Positions 54,025 to 63,838 of a stretch of DNA of 64,000 bases are shown here, in pieces. Source of the stretch: an uncultured Bacteroidales bacterium. GTDB taxonomy: Bacteria; Bacteroidota; Bacteroidia; Bacteroidales; UBA7960. A program made the translations under genes and the position numbers. The stretch is from NCBI GenBank assembly GCA_964477035.1, contig CAYZCW010000004.1, positions 187,882 to 251,881 of the forward strand, read 5' to 3'. The notes under the pieces were generated by a model that was given only the letters and a program-made list of their open reading frames with translations, ran no database searches and was not told the DNA's origin. The first letter of the stretch is position 1; each line of letters begins with the position of its first letter.

Positions 54025-56059
54025 ACATGATGAACTCCTCGTTGGAGTGGGTGTGGCGCATCTTGTCGAGCAGGAACTCCATGGCTTCCAGGGGGGTCAT
54101 GTCGGCAATGAATTTGCGCAGGACCCAGATCCGGTTCATCATGTCCTTGTCCATCAGCAGGTCTTCCCTGCGTGTGCCGGAGGCAATGATGTCGATGGAC
54201 GGGAAGATGCGCTTGTTGGAAAGGCGGCGGTCCAGCTGGAGTTCCATGTTGCCGGTGCCCTTGAACTCTTCAAAGATGACCTCATCCATTTTGGATCCGG
54301 TGTCGATCAGGGCCGTGGCAATGATGGACAGGGATCCGCCGTTCTCGATGTTGCGGGCGGCCCCGAAGAAACGCTTGGGCTTGTGCAGGGCGTTGGCATC
54401 AACCCCACCCGAAAGCACTTTGCCCGAGGCCGGGGCCACGGTATTGAATGCCCTGGCCAGGCGGGTGATGGAGTCCAGCAGGATGACCACATCGTGGCCG
54501 CACTCGACCATGCGCTTGGCTTTTTCCAGGACGATGCCCGCCACCTTCACATGGCGCTCAGCGGGTTCATCGAAAGTGGAGGAGATCACTTCGGCACGGA
54601 CGTTGCGGGCCATCTCTGTCACTTCTTCCGGCCGTTCGTCCACCAGTAACACGATCAGGTAAACTTCCGGGTGGTTGGCCGCGATGGCATTGGCGATCTC
54701 CTGCAGCAGGATGGTCTTGCCCGTCTTGGGCTGCGCCACGATCAGGCCGCGCTGTCCCTTGCCGATGGGAGAGAACAGGTCGATCACGCGGGGGGAAATC
54801 GACGCACCGGGATTTCCGGTGATGTTGAACTTTTCATCCGGGAACAAAGGGGTGAGGAAGTCGAACGGGACACGGTCACGCACCTCGGCCGGATCCCTTC
54901 CGTTGATTTTTTCCACCTTGATCAGGGGAAAGTATTTCTCATTCTCCTTTGGGGGACGGATGCCGCCGCGTACGGTATCACCCGTCTTGAGGCCAAACAG
55001 TTTGATCTGGCTTTGGGAGACGTAGACGTCGTCGGGAGAATTCAGGTAGTTGTAATCGGATGAGCGCAAAAAGCCATAGCCGTCGGGCATGATCTCAAGC
55101 ACTCCTTCGGCGGTGATGATGCCGTCAAATTCATAGACCGGCTCCCCGGAGCGTTTGTCATATCCTTTCTGCCGGGCATGGGCTTCCTTTTGTGCCGGCT
55201 GGTCTGCAGCCTGGGACCTGCTTTCATCGCCCCTTGTCCTTGCTTCCCCTTTGTCGTCCCTTGCGGGCCGGCCCGGCTCAGGGCTTTTGCCTGCCCTGTT
55301 GGCTTCCTCCGGCTGGGAGGGGGATTCCCCTGTCAGTTCATCCTGAATGACGGCCTTCTCTTGCCTGGGCTGGTCCTCCCTTTTCCAGGATTTACCCTGG
55401 GTTTGATGGGGCTTGTGCCCGGGTTTCTGCTCCCGCTGGTCCTGGGGGCCATGTGACCTGTGCTGCTGCCCTTGCTGTTGAGGTCCCTGCTGTTGAGGTC
55501 CTTGTTGTTCAGGTCCCTGCTGTTGCTGCCCTTGTTGCTGCGGTCCCTGCTGTGGTTCCTGCCCTGGCTTTTGCTGTCCCTGGGGTGGCTGACCTGCCTG
55601 TTGTGGCTGGGGCTGCAGCTTGGTGTCGCGGCCGCTGGAAGACCCGGCGGGAATTCGCTTGCGGGAACGCATCTGCCGTTTGTCTCCCTTTTTTTCTGCA
55701 CGGGCGGTGGTCTGGGATTCCCCGCCGTGTGTTTGCCTGCCCGTCTGGGGCTGTGCCTTCTCCTTGTTTTCGGGGGTTTCCTGGGGCGGGGCTCCGCCCC
55801 TTGTTTTCTTTTCCGGATCTTCCTTGACGCGTGGCCCCGGTTTGCGGCCCGGTTTGCGGCCTGGTTTGCGGCCCGGCCTGGGCTCATCTTTCGTTTCGGC
55901 CTGCACCGTGGCGGCAGAGGGATTCACTGCCTGGGCATCCAGAATCTGGTAGATCAGGTCCTGTTTCTTGTATGATTCAACCCGCTTGATCTTCAATTCT
56001 TTGGCGATCTCACGGAGTTCCATTAACAGTTTGTTGTTCAGTTCAACAATGTCGTACAT
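54011..56059 (-). CDS. rho: Transcription termination factor Rho with a ~260-aa disordered N-terminal insertion
   Basis: Rho_N ([22 protein letters not shown]), the CSD-like RNA-binding block ([20 protein letters not shown]), Walker A ([10 protein letters not shown]) and C-terminal ATPase blocks are all present. The insertion (about aa 45-305) is rich in Q/P/G/K/R/E. Confidence 0.92.
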   Translation of the reverse strand: MYDIVELNNKLLMELREIAKELKIKRVESYKKQDLIYQILDAQAVNPSAATVQAETKDEPRPGRKPGRKPGRKPGPRVKEDPEKKTRGGAPPQETPENKEKAQPQTGRQTHGGESQTTARAEKKGDKRQMRSRKRIPAGSSSGRDTKLQPQPQQAGQPPQGQQKPGQEPQQGPQQQGQQQQGPEQQGPQQQGPQQQGQQHRSHGPQDQREQKPGHKPHQTQGKSWKREDQPRQEKAVIQDELTGESPSQPEEANRAGKSPEPGRPARDDKGEARTRGDESRSQAADQPAQKEAHARQKGYDKRSGEPVYEFDGIITAEGVLEIMPDGYGFLRSSDYNYLNSPDDVYVSQSQIKLFGLKTGDTVRGGIRPPKENEKYFPLIKVEKINGRDPAEVRDRVPFDFLTPLFPDEKFNITGNPGASISPRVIDLFSPIGKGQRGLIVAQPKTGKTILLQEIANAIAANHPEVYLIVLLVDERPEEVTEMARNVRAEVISSTFDEPAERHVKVAGIVLEKAKRMVECGHDVVILLDSITRLARAFNTVAPASGKVLSGGVDANALHKPKRFFGAARNIENGGSLSIIATALIDTGSKMDEVIFEEFKGTGNMELQLDRRLSNKRIFPSIDIIASGTRREDLLMDKDMMNRIWVLRKFIADMTPLEAMEFLLDKMRHTHSNEEFIMSMNA
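55460..55567 (-). repeat. Imperfect 15-bp in-frame tandem repeat encoding (QQGPQ)n inside the Rho insertion
   Basis: ctgctgttgaggtcc-like units recur about 6 times. The protein reads [30 protein letters not shown]. Confidence 0.8.
55835..55879 (-). repeat. 12-bp in-frame tandem repeat encoding (GRKP)3 inside the Rho insertion
   Basis: The unit ggcc(c/t)ggtttgc occurs 3 times. The protein reads [14 protein letters not shown]. Confidence 0.8.
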
Positions 56060-56280
56060 GGGCTTTTATGTTAAATGGGTTGATTGATTTCGGTTTCAGG
56101 GAAGGGGTCGTGGCACGGCCTTTCCGGAGCAGCATTCAGAAACAAACAATGGGATGAAGACGCATCGGGGAAAAAACTGTGGTTACAGATTCAGCCGAGC
56201 CGGCCCTGGGGCCTTGAAAAATGATGGCAAAGATGGTTGATTTGACGAAAACGACCGAAACAAAAGAGGAATATGAGGTG

Positions 56281-56288
56281 CAAATATA
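56281..56288 (-). promoter_or_regulatory. Candidate -7 box TATATTTG for rho
   Basis: Perfect TAnnTTTG on the minus strand, about 220 nt upstream of the rho ATG. It implies a long leader. Confidence 0.35.
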
Positions 56289-56407
56289 ATCATAAATCCC
56301 TGAACGAAAAAAATAAATTGATATTGTTTGCCGGAGCCGGGGCAGAAAGAGTCCATGTTGTCCGTGCCCGGCGGGGTGCTTCCCGGAAAGAATCCGGGAC
56401 AATTTTG

Positions 56408-56415
56408 TACATTTG
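56408..56415 (+). promoter_or_regulatory. Candidate -7 box TACATTTG for the DUF4293-like gene
   Basis: Perfect TAnnTTTG, 26 nt upstream of the ATG at 56442. Confidence 0.4.
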
Positions 56416-56441
56416 GCATTCAAACCAAAAACATCCGACGC

Positions 56442-56912
56442 ATGTTACAGAGAGTTCAGTCCGTCTACCTGTTCCTGGTGGTTGTATTTGCCGTCCTGTA
56501 TTGCTTCTTTCCCCTCGGATGGTTTTCCGTGGAGGAAGTCAGCAGTGCCGTGAAACTCATTGGAAAGGATTTGTCTCTGGACAATTTCCTGGCCACCCAT
56601 TCGACCCTGTTCCGGGCGGCACTGATGGCCATGGCCGCCGGGGTGATCCTGATCACCCTGTATACCATTTTTCAATTCCGTTCGCGCCTGAACCAGATCC
56701 GGCTCTGCCGCATGAACATCCTGTTGCACCTGGCCCTGCTGGTGACCTCCTTTTTTTACCTGGACCAGCTGAAGGCGGCGGCACCCTATCAATCGCTGGG
56801 GTACGGCCCTTCCATCTTTTTTCCCCTGGCCTCCCTGTTCCTGCTCTTGCTGGCGATCCGGGCCATCAAAAAAGACGAGGCCCTGGTCAGGGCGGCGGAC
56901 CGGATCCGATGA
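56442..56912 (+). CDS. DUF4293-like small membrane protein
   Basis: Starts MLQRVQSVYLFLVVVFAVLY and has 4 TM segments. The start was trimmed from the 194-aa ORF. It is divergent from rho. Confidence 0.7.
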   Translation: MLQRVQSVYLFLVVVFAVLYCFFPLGWFSVEEVSSAVKLIGKDLSLDNFLATHSTLFRAALMAMAAGVILITLYTIFQFRSRLNQIRLCRMNILLHLALLVTSFFYLDQLKAAAPYQSLGYGPSIFFPLASLFLLLLAIRAIKKDEALVRAADRIR

Positions 56913-56979
56913 GTTTTGCTGCAGAAAGGCAAGCCTGCCTGGTCGCCCGTCCGGCCTCAGGTCTGCGTTTGCGCCCGGG

Positions 56980-58053
56980 TCAGTCTTCCACCCGCTTGAC
57001 CACGTAGTCGGAGTTGAACAGCCCCAGGGCTCCCATGTACTTCAGCTTGAACTTCATGAAGTCCCCCACCTTGTATTTTTTGGGGTTCTTGCCCAGGTCG
57101 ATCACCAGCATGTCGGACGAGGCGCCCGCAATCGTGATGTTCTTGTCGGCCGGGATGAGGAAGTCGGGGCTGATGTCCAGCAGTCCCACGTCCAGAAGCG
57201 CCCGGCAGGAGGTCTTGCCATAGTCGGACTGGTTGATCTCATAGGTTTCCCCCGAGGGGTTTTCCGCCATGGTGCCCTCGGGAACCATCGGCTTTTCCCA
57301 CAATTCGATGATCTCTGCCTGGAAGGAAATCACATCATCGCGCATGCCCTTGATCGTTTTCCCCGTGAACAGGTTGGCCCCGAAATACAGGGTTTCTCCC
57401 ACCCTGAAGTGGTTGACCCCCGGCGGTACCTGCTTGCTGAACAGCATGGGGATCGTCACGGAAGTGCCCCCGCTCAGGTAACGGATTTTCCGGCTGAACT
57501 TGACCTCCACGATTTGCTTGTACAGGCTCAGCTGGATGAGCTTGTCCCTTGAGGGCATGACCCCGTAGAGGCAGTTGAGGTTGGTGCCGAATCCGGTGAT
57601 CTCGATGCCGGGCAGTTCGAAGGCCTGCTCGTAAAAATCCACCAGGTGGTCGCCCAGCACCCCTTCGCGCAACTCACCCATCTCGATCATGATGATGACT
57701 TCGTGCACCTTGCCTTGCTTAACGGCCTCTTTAGAGATCAGCTTGAGTGTTTCCAGGTCGCTGTTGAGGCTGGCATCGGCGTATTTGACCACGCTCCGGA
57801 TGCTTCTGCGGGGCGGGGGCTTGATGTACAGTGTCTTGATCCCGGGATTGAGGCGCTTGATGGTCTTCAGGTTGGAGATGCGGGAGTCCATCAGCTCCTT
57901 CACCCCCAGGCTCATGACTTCCTTGATAAACAAGGCGTTGCCGCAAAGCAACTTGGTGACGATGCCCCATTCGATCCCGTGCTTATTGAAAAGCCCTTCC
58001 AGGAAATCGAAATTGTGTTTCAGCTTTCGCCGACTGATCAGGATTTCTGCCAT
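56980..58053 (-). CDS. Alanine/ornithine racemase-family PLP enzyme (TIM-barrel, YhfX-like)
   Basis: N-terminal block GIVTKLLCGN carries the candidate PLP lysine. It is 357 aa and is the last gene of a three-gene operon. Confidence 0.7.
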   Translation of the reverse strand: MAEILISRRKLKHNFDFLEGLFNKHGIEWGIVTKLLCGNALFIKEVMSLGVKELMDSRISNLKTIKRLNPGIKTLYIKPPPRRSIRSVVKYADASLNSDLETLKLISKEAVKQGKVHEVIIMIEMGELREGVLGDHLVDFYEQAFELPGIEITGFGTNLNCLYGVMPSRDKLIQLSLYKQIVEVKFSRKIRYLSGGTSVTIPMLFSKQVPPGVNHFRVGETLYFGANLFTGKTIKGMRDDVISFQAEIIELWEKPMVPEGTMAENPSGETYEINQSDYGKTSCRALLDVGLLDISPDFLIPADKNITIAGASSDMLVIDLGKNPKKYKVGDFMKFKLKYMGALGLFNSDYVVKRVED

Positions 58054-58062
58054 GGCGATCGC

Positions 58063-58500
58063 TTAGCGGTTTAGCCTCATTTCGAGGTATTTACTGGTAA
58101 ATCCGAGCTTTTCATACAAGAACCTGGCCGGATTTTCGGGTTCCACGTGGAGCTTGATGCTGCCTTCGGCCAGGTCGAAGGTTTTCTGCATGAGGGCCTT
58201 GCCCAGTCCCTTGCCCCGAAACTGTTTGTCCACGGCAATGTAAACCAGGATGTTTTCGGGAATGTAGCCTTCCATGCCGGTTTTGTTGACCACCACGGCC
58301 CCGCTGATGTGACCCCCTTCCCGGGTGTACACGATGAACCCGCCAAACTTCTCCTTGTCGTCCAGGGCAAACCGGATGCATTTCATGATGGCCTCGTGTT
58401 CATCCCCGAACTGGTCGAGGTGCTCGAACAGGAAATCGGCGACTTCTTTCTTCTGGGTTTCTGTAACCTGGTCATTCGGTGTGAGTACGGTAAATTCCAT
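58063..58500 (-). CDS. GNAT family N-acetyltransferase
   Basis: Acetyl-CoA motif IAVDKQFRGKGLGKALM, in 145 aa. Confidence 0.8.
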   Translation of the reverse strand: MEFTVLTPNDQVTETQKKEVADFLFEHLDQFGDEHEAIMKCIRFALDDKEKFGGFIVYTREGGHISGAVVVNKTGMEGYIPENILVYIAVDKQFRGKGLGKALMQKTFDLAEGSIKLHVEPENPARFLYEKLGFTSKYLEMRLNR

Positions 58501-58533
58501 TGGTTTTGGGTTGGTGGCACCGCCCGTTCGGGA

Positions 58534-59982
58534 TCATGTTCCCTCCGGCTGTGCCTGGTTTGTTGTAAAGTTAAGGATTGAAAACGTGATAAGCGAACAG
58601 CTGATGCCGAATATATTGGGATCCAGCTCCATGGGCAGCGGCCAGCCCCCGATGATCAGGGTGATGGTCGTACCCCCGCCCAGCAGCATGGCCCAGAAAG
58701 CGGCCTTAGGGCTGGCCTTTCGAAGGAACAATGCCCCGATCACGGGCACGAACAGCCCGCTGACCATGAAGGCGTAGGAATAAAGCATCAGCTCCAGCAC
58801 ATTGGGCATGCGCATCGCCAGCAGCAGGGCCGTGATGCCCAGCAGCAGGGTCAGTAACTGGGAGACGAGCAGGAACCCGCGTTTGCCTCCGGGCAGCCTG
58901 ACCCAGCGGGACAGAATATCTGTCAGGAAGTTGCCGCTGGAAGCCATCAGGCAGCTGTCCGCCGTGGACATGATGGCCGAGAAATAGGCCGCCATCATCA
59001 GCCCCATGAGTCCGACCGGCAAGACGGTCCGTAACAGCAACGGCAGCCCCATTTCCGCGTCGATGTCTGCCGCCGCGGCATAACCCAGGTATTCGAACTG
59101 TCCCTGGTGGATGGCTACGCGGGCGAACAGCCCCAGCAGCACCCCCATAAAGGCCATTACGGGCCATTCGAAGAGTCCGGCCACGAACCAGGCCCGCTGC
59201 GCCTGCTTCTTGTTGCGGGAGGCATAGATGCGCTGGTAGAGGGTCATGCCCACGAACCAGATGGGAATGATCGTCACCGCCCAGTTGAGCAGCTGCTGCC
59301 ATTGGATGTTGGCCAGGCTGAAAAATTCAGTGGGAAGGGCCTCGCGGATTCCTTCCATGCCGCCGACCGCCAGGTAGGCCACCGGGATGCCGATCAGCAC
59401 GAGCCCCGACATGAGGATGATCCATTGGATGGTGTCGGTGTAAATCACGGCCTTGATTCCCCCCATGGCCGTATAGACGATCACGATGACGCCCATGATG
59501 ATCAGGGCAGTTTGCCGGTCCAGGTGCGGAATGAAGGTGGCTTCGGCCAGGATGGCCCCGGCCAGGATCTGGGAGCTGGTGAAACCCAGGTAGCCGATGG
59601 CCGAGATGATCCCTGCCAGGAGTGCCACCCGGGGGGTATAAAAGCTTCCCAGAAATTGCGGAAAGGTAAAAAACCGGTGGGTTTTCTCAATCTGCTTCAC
59701 GCGGGGAATCAGCAGCACGGCGCTCAGCCAGGCGCCCACCAGTCCGGTGAACAACATCCAGGAGCCGGCCAGCCCCATGATGAAACCCAGTCCGCCGAGC
59801 CCGATGGAAAAGCCGCCCCCGACATCCGTGGCGACCACCGACAGGCCGATGTGGATGCTGCCGATTTTTCGTCCCCCTACGTAGTAATCCTCCACCCCCT
59901 CGTTCAGGATCAGGAAGCGAATGCCGATGCCAATCACCCCTGCCATGTACAAGGTGAACACGATTACGTCCAGATAGTGCAT
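58534..59982 (-). CDS. Sodium:solute symporter family (SSF) transporter
   Basis: 482 aa with about 13 TM helices. The N-terminus MHYLDVIVFTLYMAGVIGIG...YYVGGR is typical of SSF. Confidence 0.85.
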   Translation of the reverse strand: MHYLDVIVFTLYMAGVIGIGIRFLILNEGVEDYYVGGRKIGSIHIGLSVVATDVGGGFSIGLGGLGFIMGLAGSWMLFTGLVGAWLSAVLLIPRVKQIEKTHRFFTFPQFLGSFYTPRVALLAGIISAIGYLGFTSSQILAGAILAEATFIPHLDRQTALIIMGVIVIVYTAMGGIKAVIYTDTIQWIILMSGLVLIGIPVAYLAVGGMEGIREALPTEFFSLANIQWQQLLNWAVTIIPIWFVGMTLYQRIYASRNKKQAQRAWFVAGLFEWPVMAFMGVLLGLFARVAIHQGQFEYLGYAAAADIDAEMGLPLLLRTVLPVGLMGLMMAAYFSAIMSTADSCLMASSGNFLTDILSRWVRLPGGKRGFLLVSQLLTLLLGITALLLAMRMPNVLELMLYSYAFMVSGLFVPVIGALFLRKASPKAAFWAMLLGGGTTITLIIGGWPLPMELDPNIFGISCSLITFSILNFTTNQAQPEGT

Positions 59983-60160
59983 TTATCTTTCGATGCGGAA
60001 ATAATATCCGACAAAAGTAAGCAAAAATGGGCAGGGGGCCAAACCGCCTTTACATATAGCTGATTTACAGGCTGGTATATTTTATTGGTTTCGTCGGATG
60101 GGCCTGAATCATCCAACGGTCACCAAAAAACCAGTACTTTTATAGAAATTTCAGCATGTG

Positions 60161-61096
60161 ATGCATCCCTGGGGAACACCGAGGCGGTTTAACTCCTATA
60201 CAGACCAATGCCGCAGGGCTTATGGAAGCCGCCTGCAGAAGGTGGCCGTGAACGCCGGTTTCAGCTGCCCGAACCGGGACGGAACCATCGGCTGGGGGGG
60301 CTGCAGCTTCTGCAACAACGAAGGCTTCAATCCGTCCTACTGCATGCCGGACAAACCCATTGCCCGGCAACTGGATGAAGGCCTGGCCTTTCTGAAGAAA
60401 CGGTATAAAAAGCCGGACATCTTCCTGGCCTACCTGCAGGCATACTCCAACACCCATGCCCCGCTGCCCCTGCTGAAGGCGGTGTACGGGCAGGCGCTGG
60501 CCCATCCGGAGATCCGCGGTCTGGTCATCGGCACGCGCCCCGATTGTGTGGATGGCGACCGGCTGGACTACATCGCCCGGCTCTCACAGGAGTGGATCAT
60601 CCGGCTGGAATACGGGTTGGAGTCCTGCCGGGATGAGACCCTGGAGCGCATCAACCGGGGACACACCCATGCCGACTCGGTCAGGGCACTGGAGATGGCT
60701 GCCGCCCGCGGCATTCACACGGGGGCGCATGTGATCCTGGGACTGCCCGGGGAGACGCCCGGCATGATGCTGGAGCAGGTGCAGCTCATCAACGACCTGC
60801 CGCTCAACAGCATCAAGTTCCATCAGCTGCAGATCGTCCGGGGCACCCCCCTGGCGACGGAATATGCCTCCCACCCGGAACGCTTCCGGCTTTTTTCCCT
60901 GGACGAATACGTGGACCTGGTCGTGTCCCTGGTGGAGTGCCTGCGTCCGGGACTGCAGATCGAACGCTTCTCGGGAGAAGTCCCCCCCCGGTTCAACGCA
61001 GGCCCTTCCTGGGGGCGCCTGCGCACCGACCAGGTGTTGCGCCTCATCGAAGCCCGCATGGAAGAACGGGGAACCTGGCAGGGAAGGCTGTGCTGA
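60161..61096 (+). CDS. TIGR01212-family radical SAM protein
   Basis: Carries AGFSCPNRDGTIGWGGCSFCN and the block YLQAYSNT. The ATG at 60161 was chosen; a GTG lies at 60158. Confidence 0.85.
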   Translation: MHPWGTPRRFNSYTDQCRRAYGSRLQKVAVNAGFSCPNRDGTIGWGGCSFCNNEGFNPSYCMPDKPIARQLDEGLAFLKKRYKKPDIFLAYLQAYSNTHAPLPLLKAVYGQALAHPEIRGLVIGTRPDCVDGDRLDYIARLSQEWIIRLEYGLESCRDETLERINRGHTHADSVRALEMAAARGIHTGAHVILGLPGETPGMMLEQVQLINDLPLNSIKFHQLQIVRGTPLATEYASHPERFRLFSLDEYVDLVVSLVECLRPGLQIERFSGEVPPRFNAGPSWGRLRTDQVLRLIEARMEERGTWQGRLC

Positions 61097-61209
61097 CCGC
61101 CTGTGCCGGCGACCCCCGAAAGGCCGCGGGGAAACCGTCTTTGGGCGTCCTGCGCGGACGGGCACCTCTCCGGGCCGCCTCCTCCCAACCCATTGTGTGC
61201 TAATTTTTA

Positions 61210-61217
61210 TATTTTTG
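61210..61217 (+). promoter_or_regulatory. Candidate -7 box TATTTTTG for the AbgT-family gene
   Basis: Perfect TAnnTTTG, 32 nt upstream of the ATG at 61250. Confidence 0.35.
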
Positions 61218-61249
61218 TGCCTTCGCACGCAAAATCTTTATCCGAACCA

Positions 61250-62803
61250 ATGGAAAACAATAAGAATGGCATGGTGGCCCGGATGCTGGGTGCCATCGAG
61301 CGGGTGGGCAATAAGTTGCCCCATCCGGGAACGCTTTTTGCAATTTTCGCCGTGGGCATCGTATTTTTGAGCTGGGTGGCCAGCTGGTTCCATATCACGG
61401 CGGTCCACCCCGGAACGGGTGAGGCCGTGGAAGTCGTCAACCTGGTCAGCCAGCGCGGGCTGCACATGATCGTCACCAACATGGTGGTGAACTTCACCTC
61501 CTTTGCCCCCCTGGGAACGGTCCTGGTGGCCCTTCTGGGCATCGGGATCGCCGAATCGAGCGGGCTGATGTCGACCGGGCTGAGGCTGCTGGTGATCTCT
61601 GCCCCCAGGAAACTCCTCACCTTTGCCATCGTGTTTGCCGGCATCCTTTCCAATACGGCCAGCGAGGTGGGGTACGTGGTGCTGGTTCCCCTGGGCGGGA
61701 TGATCTTCCTGGCCGTGGGACGCCATCCCATCGCGGGCATCGCGGCGGCTTTCGCAGGGGTGTCGGGAGGGTACTCAGCCAACCTGCTGCTGGGAACCAT
61801 TGACCCCCTGCTTGCGGGACTTTCCGAAGAGGCCGCCCGGATCATCGACCCGGCCTATACGGTCAACCCCGCCGCCAACTATTACTTCATGTTCGTGTCC
61901 ACCTTTTTCATCGCCGTGATCGGCACCTGGGTCACCGAGAAGGTCGTCGTGCCCCGCCTGGGCAATTACACCGGGGATGCAAAGCCGGAGGAGATCAAGG
62001 ATCTCGACCCCATGGAGAAGCGCGGACTCCGCTACACATTCTGGGCCCTTGTGGCCATTGTGGTGGTGTTGTTCTGGAGCGTCGCCCCGGTGGAAAGCGG
62101 TTTCTGGCAGCACATTCCCGGTTCCGGACTGATGCGTGATCCGGATACGGGCGGGCTGCTGCGGTCTCCTTTCATGAGCGGCATCGTGGCGCTGATCTTC
62201 CTCATTGCCGGTATCCTCGGGGTTGTTTACGGCATCGGGGCAAAAACGCTGAAGAGCAATTACGACGTGATCAATGGCATGGGCAAATCCATGTCCACCC
62301 TGGGCACCTACATCGTCCTGGTATTCTTCGCCGCCCAGTTTGTGGCCTATTTCAACTGGACGAACCTGGGGCTCATTTTTGCCATCAAGGGGGCGAACGC
62401 CATCGGGGCCATCGGGCTGGGCCGGATCCCATTGATGATCGCCCTGGTGCTGGTGGCGGCGGTCATCAACCTGGTGGTGGGCAGTGCCAGTGCCAAATGG
62501 GCCATCCTGGCACCCGTGTTCATTCCCATGTTCATGCTGCTGGGGTATTCCCCGGAATTCACCCAGCTGGCCTACCGTGTGGGGGACAGCGTCACCAATG
62601 TGATCGCCCCCATGATGTCCTATTTTGCCATGATCGTGGCCTTCATCGAACGTTACGATAAGAAGGCGGGCATCGGAACCATCATTGCGACCATGATCCC
62701 TTATACCATCGTGTTCCTGGGGGCCTGGCTCGTCATGCTGGTCATCTGGATCGTGGCCGGATTGCCCATCGGACCCGGAGCCCCGTTGTTCTACCAGCTT
62801 TAA
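61250..62803 (+). CDS. AbgT-family (p-aminobenzoyl-glutamate) transporter
   Basis: Starts [30 protein letters not shown] and is multi-TM. The start was trimmed from the 566-aa ORF. Confidence 0.85.
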   Translation: MENNKNGMVARMLGAIERVGNKLPHPGTLFAIFAVGIVFLSWVASWFHITAVHPGTGEAVEVVNLVSQRGLHMIVTNMVVNFTSFAPLGTVLVALLGIGIAESSGLMSTGLRLLVISAPRKLLTFAIVFAGILSNTASEVGYVVLVPLGGMIFLAVGRHPIAGIAAAFAGVSGGYSANLLLGTIDPLLAGLSEEAARIIDPAYTVNPAANYYFMFVSTFFIAVIGTWVTEKVVVPRLGNYTGDAKPEEIKDLDPMEKRGLRYTFWALVAIVVVLFWSVAPVESGFWQHIPGSGLMRDPDTGGLLRSPFMSGIVALIFLIAGILGVVYGIGAKTLKSNYDVINGMGKSMSTLGTYIVLVFFAAQFVAYFNWTNLGLIFAIKGANAIGAIGLGRIPLMIALVLVAAVINLVVGSASAKWAILAPVFIPMFMLLGYSPEFTQLAYRVGDSVTNVIAPMMSYFAMIVAFIERYDKKAGIGTIIATMIPYTIVFLGAWLVMLVIWIVAGLPIGPGAPLFYQL

Positions 62804-62827
62804 TCCGCCTTTGGCCGGGAACCGGTT

Positions 62828-62856
62828 TCCCCGTTCCCGCGGGGATTGTTTTTTTT
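62828..62856 (+). terminator. Intrinsic terminator after the AbgT-family gene
   Basis: Stem TCCCCG/CGGGGA with a 6-nt loop, followed by TTGTTTTTTTTG. Confidence 0.65.
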
Positions 62857-62890
62857 GCTATTTTTATGCTTTGTCATCCGGTCCCCGCCC

Positions 62891-63802
62891 ATGCATCAGT
62901 CTGAAAGAGATACCCTGCTGGTTCCTACCGATTTCTCGGACGTGTCCGGCTTTGCCGTGGACCATGCCGTGGAAATCGCCCGGCTTTTCAACCACCGCAT
63001 CTGCCTGTTGCATGTAACAGGCAGGAAAGAGGCGGGCACGGAGGCACACATCAGGAAGCAGGAAGCCCTCCAGAACCTGGCAGAAGCCATCGGGCGCCGT
63101 ACCGGGCTGAATGTGTCCTACCTTACGGAGGAAGGCAGTATATTCAATACCATCAGCGAGGTGGCCGACCGGATTGCCGCCGAATTCATTGTGATGGGCA
63201 TACACGGGAAGAAGGGCGTGCAGCACCTGGTCGGCAGTTACGCCTACAAGGTGGTTTGCTCCGCCAATGTGCCCGTCCTGGTGGTGAAGCACATGCACCA
63301 CCATGTGGGCTATCATAACATCGTCGTACCGGTGGATTTTTCCAGGGAGAGCACCCAGAAAATCACCCAGGCCATTCTGTTTGCCCGCTATTTCAACGCG
63401 AAGGTCCGTGTGTTTGGTTTCCTCTCCTCAGAAAACAAGGCCAAGATCATCAAAAAGGAAGCCCTGCTGAAAAGTGTGACGGATGTGTTCAGGAAGCAGC
63501 GCATCCCGGTCACGACCGACCTCCTCGTCAGGCCCGGCCACGACTGGGCTGAGGCCCTGATGAAGTTCGCCGACGGCATCGATGCCGACCTCATCATGAT
63601 CGTGGCCGAAAAGGGGGCACGGATCCCGGAGATCTTCGGTTCCAACGCCGCCGAAAGGATCATCGACAAGGCCGATGTGCCGGTACTGACCTTTGCGCCG
63701 CTTGCCGGAGAACCGACAGGGTATTCCACCAGGAAGGCCGCCCTGAGGCCTTTTGTGGATCCCCTGGGGCTCTTCGACCATGCCGGGGAGGAGCCTGAAT
63801 AA
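62891..63802 (+). CDS. Tandem universal stress protein (UspA) domain protein
   Basis: Two USP halves are visible: LLVPTDFSDVS...IVMGIHGKKG...VPVLVV and IVVPVDFSRES...LIMIVAEKGA...VPVLTF. The start was trimmed to MHQSERD. Confidence 0.8.
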   Translation: MHQSERDTLLVPTDFSDVSGFAVDHAVEIARLFNHRICLLHVTGRKEAGTEAHIRKQEALQNLAEAIGRRTGLNVSYLTEEGSIFNTISEVADRIAAEFIVMGIHGKKGVQHLVGSYAYKVVCSANVPVLVVKHMHHHVGYHNIVVPVDFSRESTQKITQAILFARYFNAKVRVFGFLSSENKAKIIKKEALLKSVTDVFRKQRIPVTTDLLVRPGHDWAEALMKFADGIDADLIMIVAEKGARIPEIFGSNAAERIIDKADVPVLTFAPLAGEPTGYSTRKAALRPFVDPLGLFDHAGEEPE

Positions 63803-63838
63803 GCTTTGATTCATTTGTAAATCCATAATGACATCCCG

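Noticed and set aside
55333-55975. Alternative-frame ORFs (55333-55887 minus; 55453-55975 plus) and repeat DNA inside the rho insertion looked like a possible separate or inserted gene.
   Set aside because: The rho reading frame is continuous through the region, from Rho_N to the RNA-binding and ATPase domains. The other frames are by-products of the low-complexity repeats.
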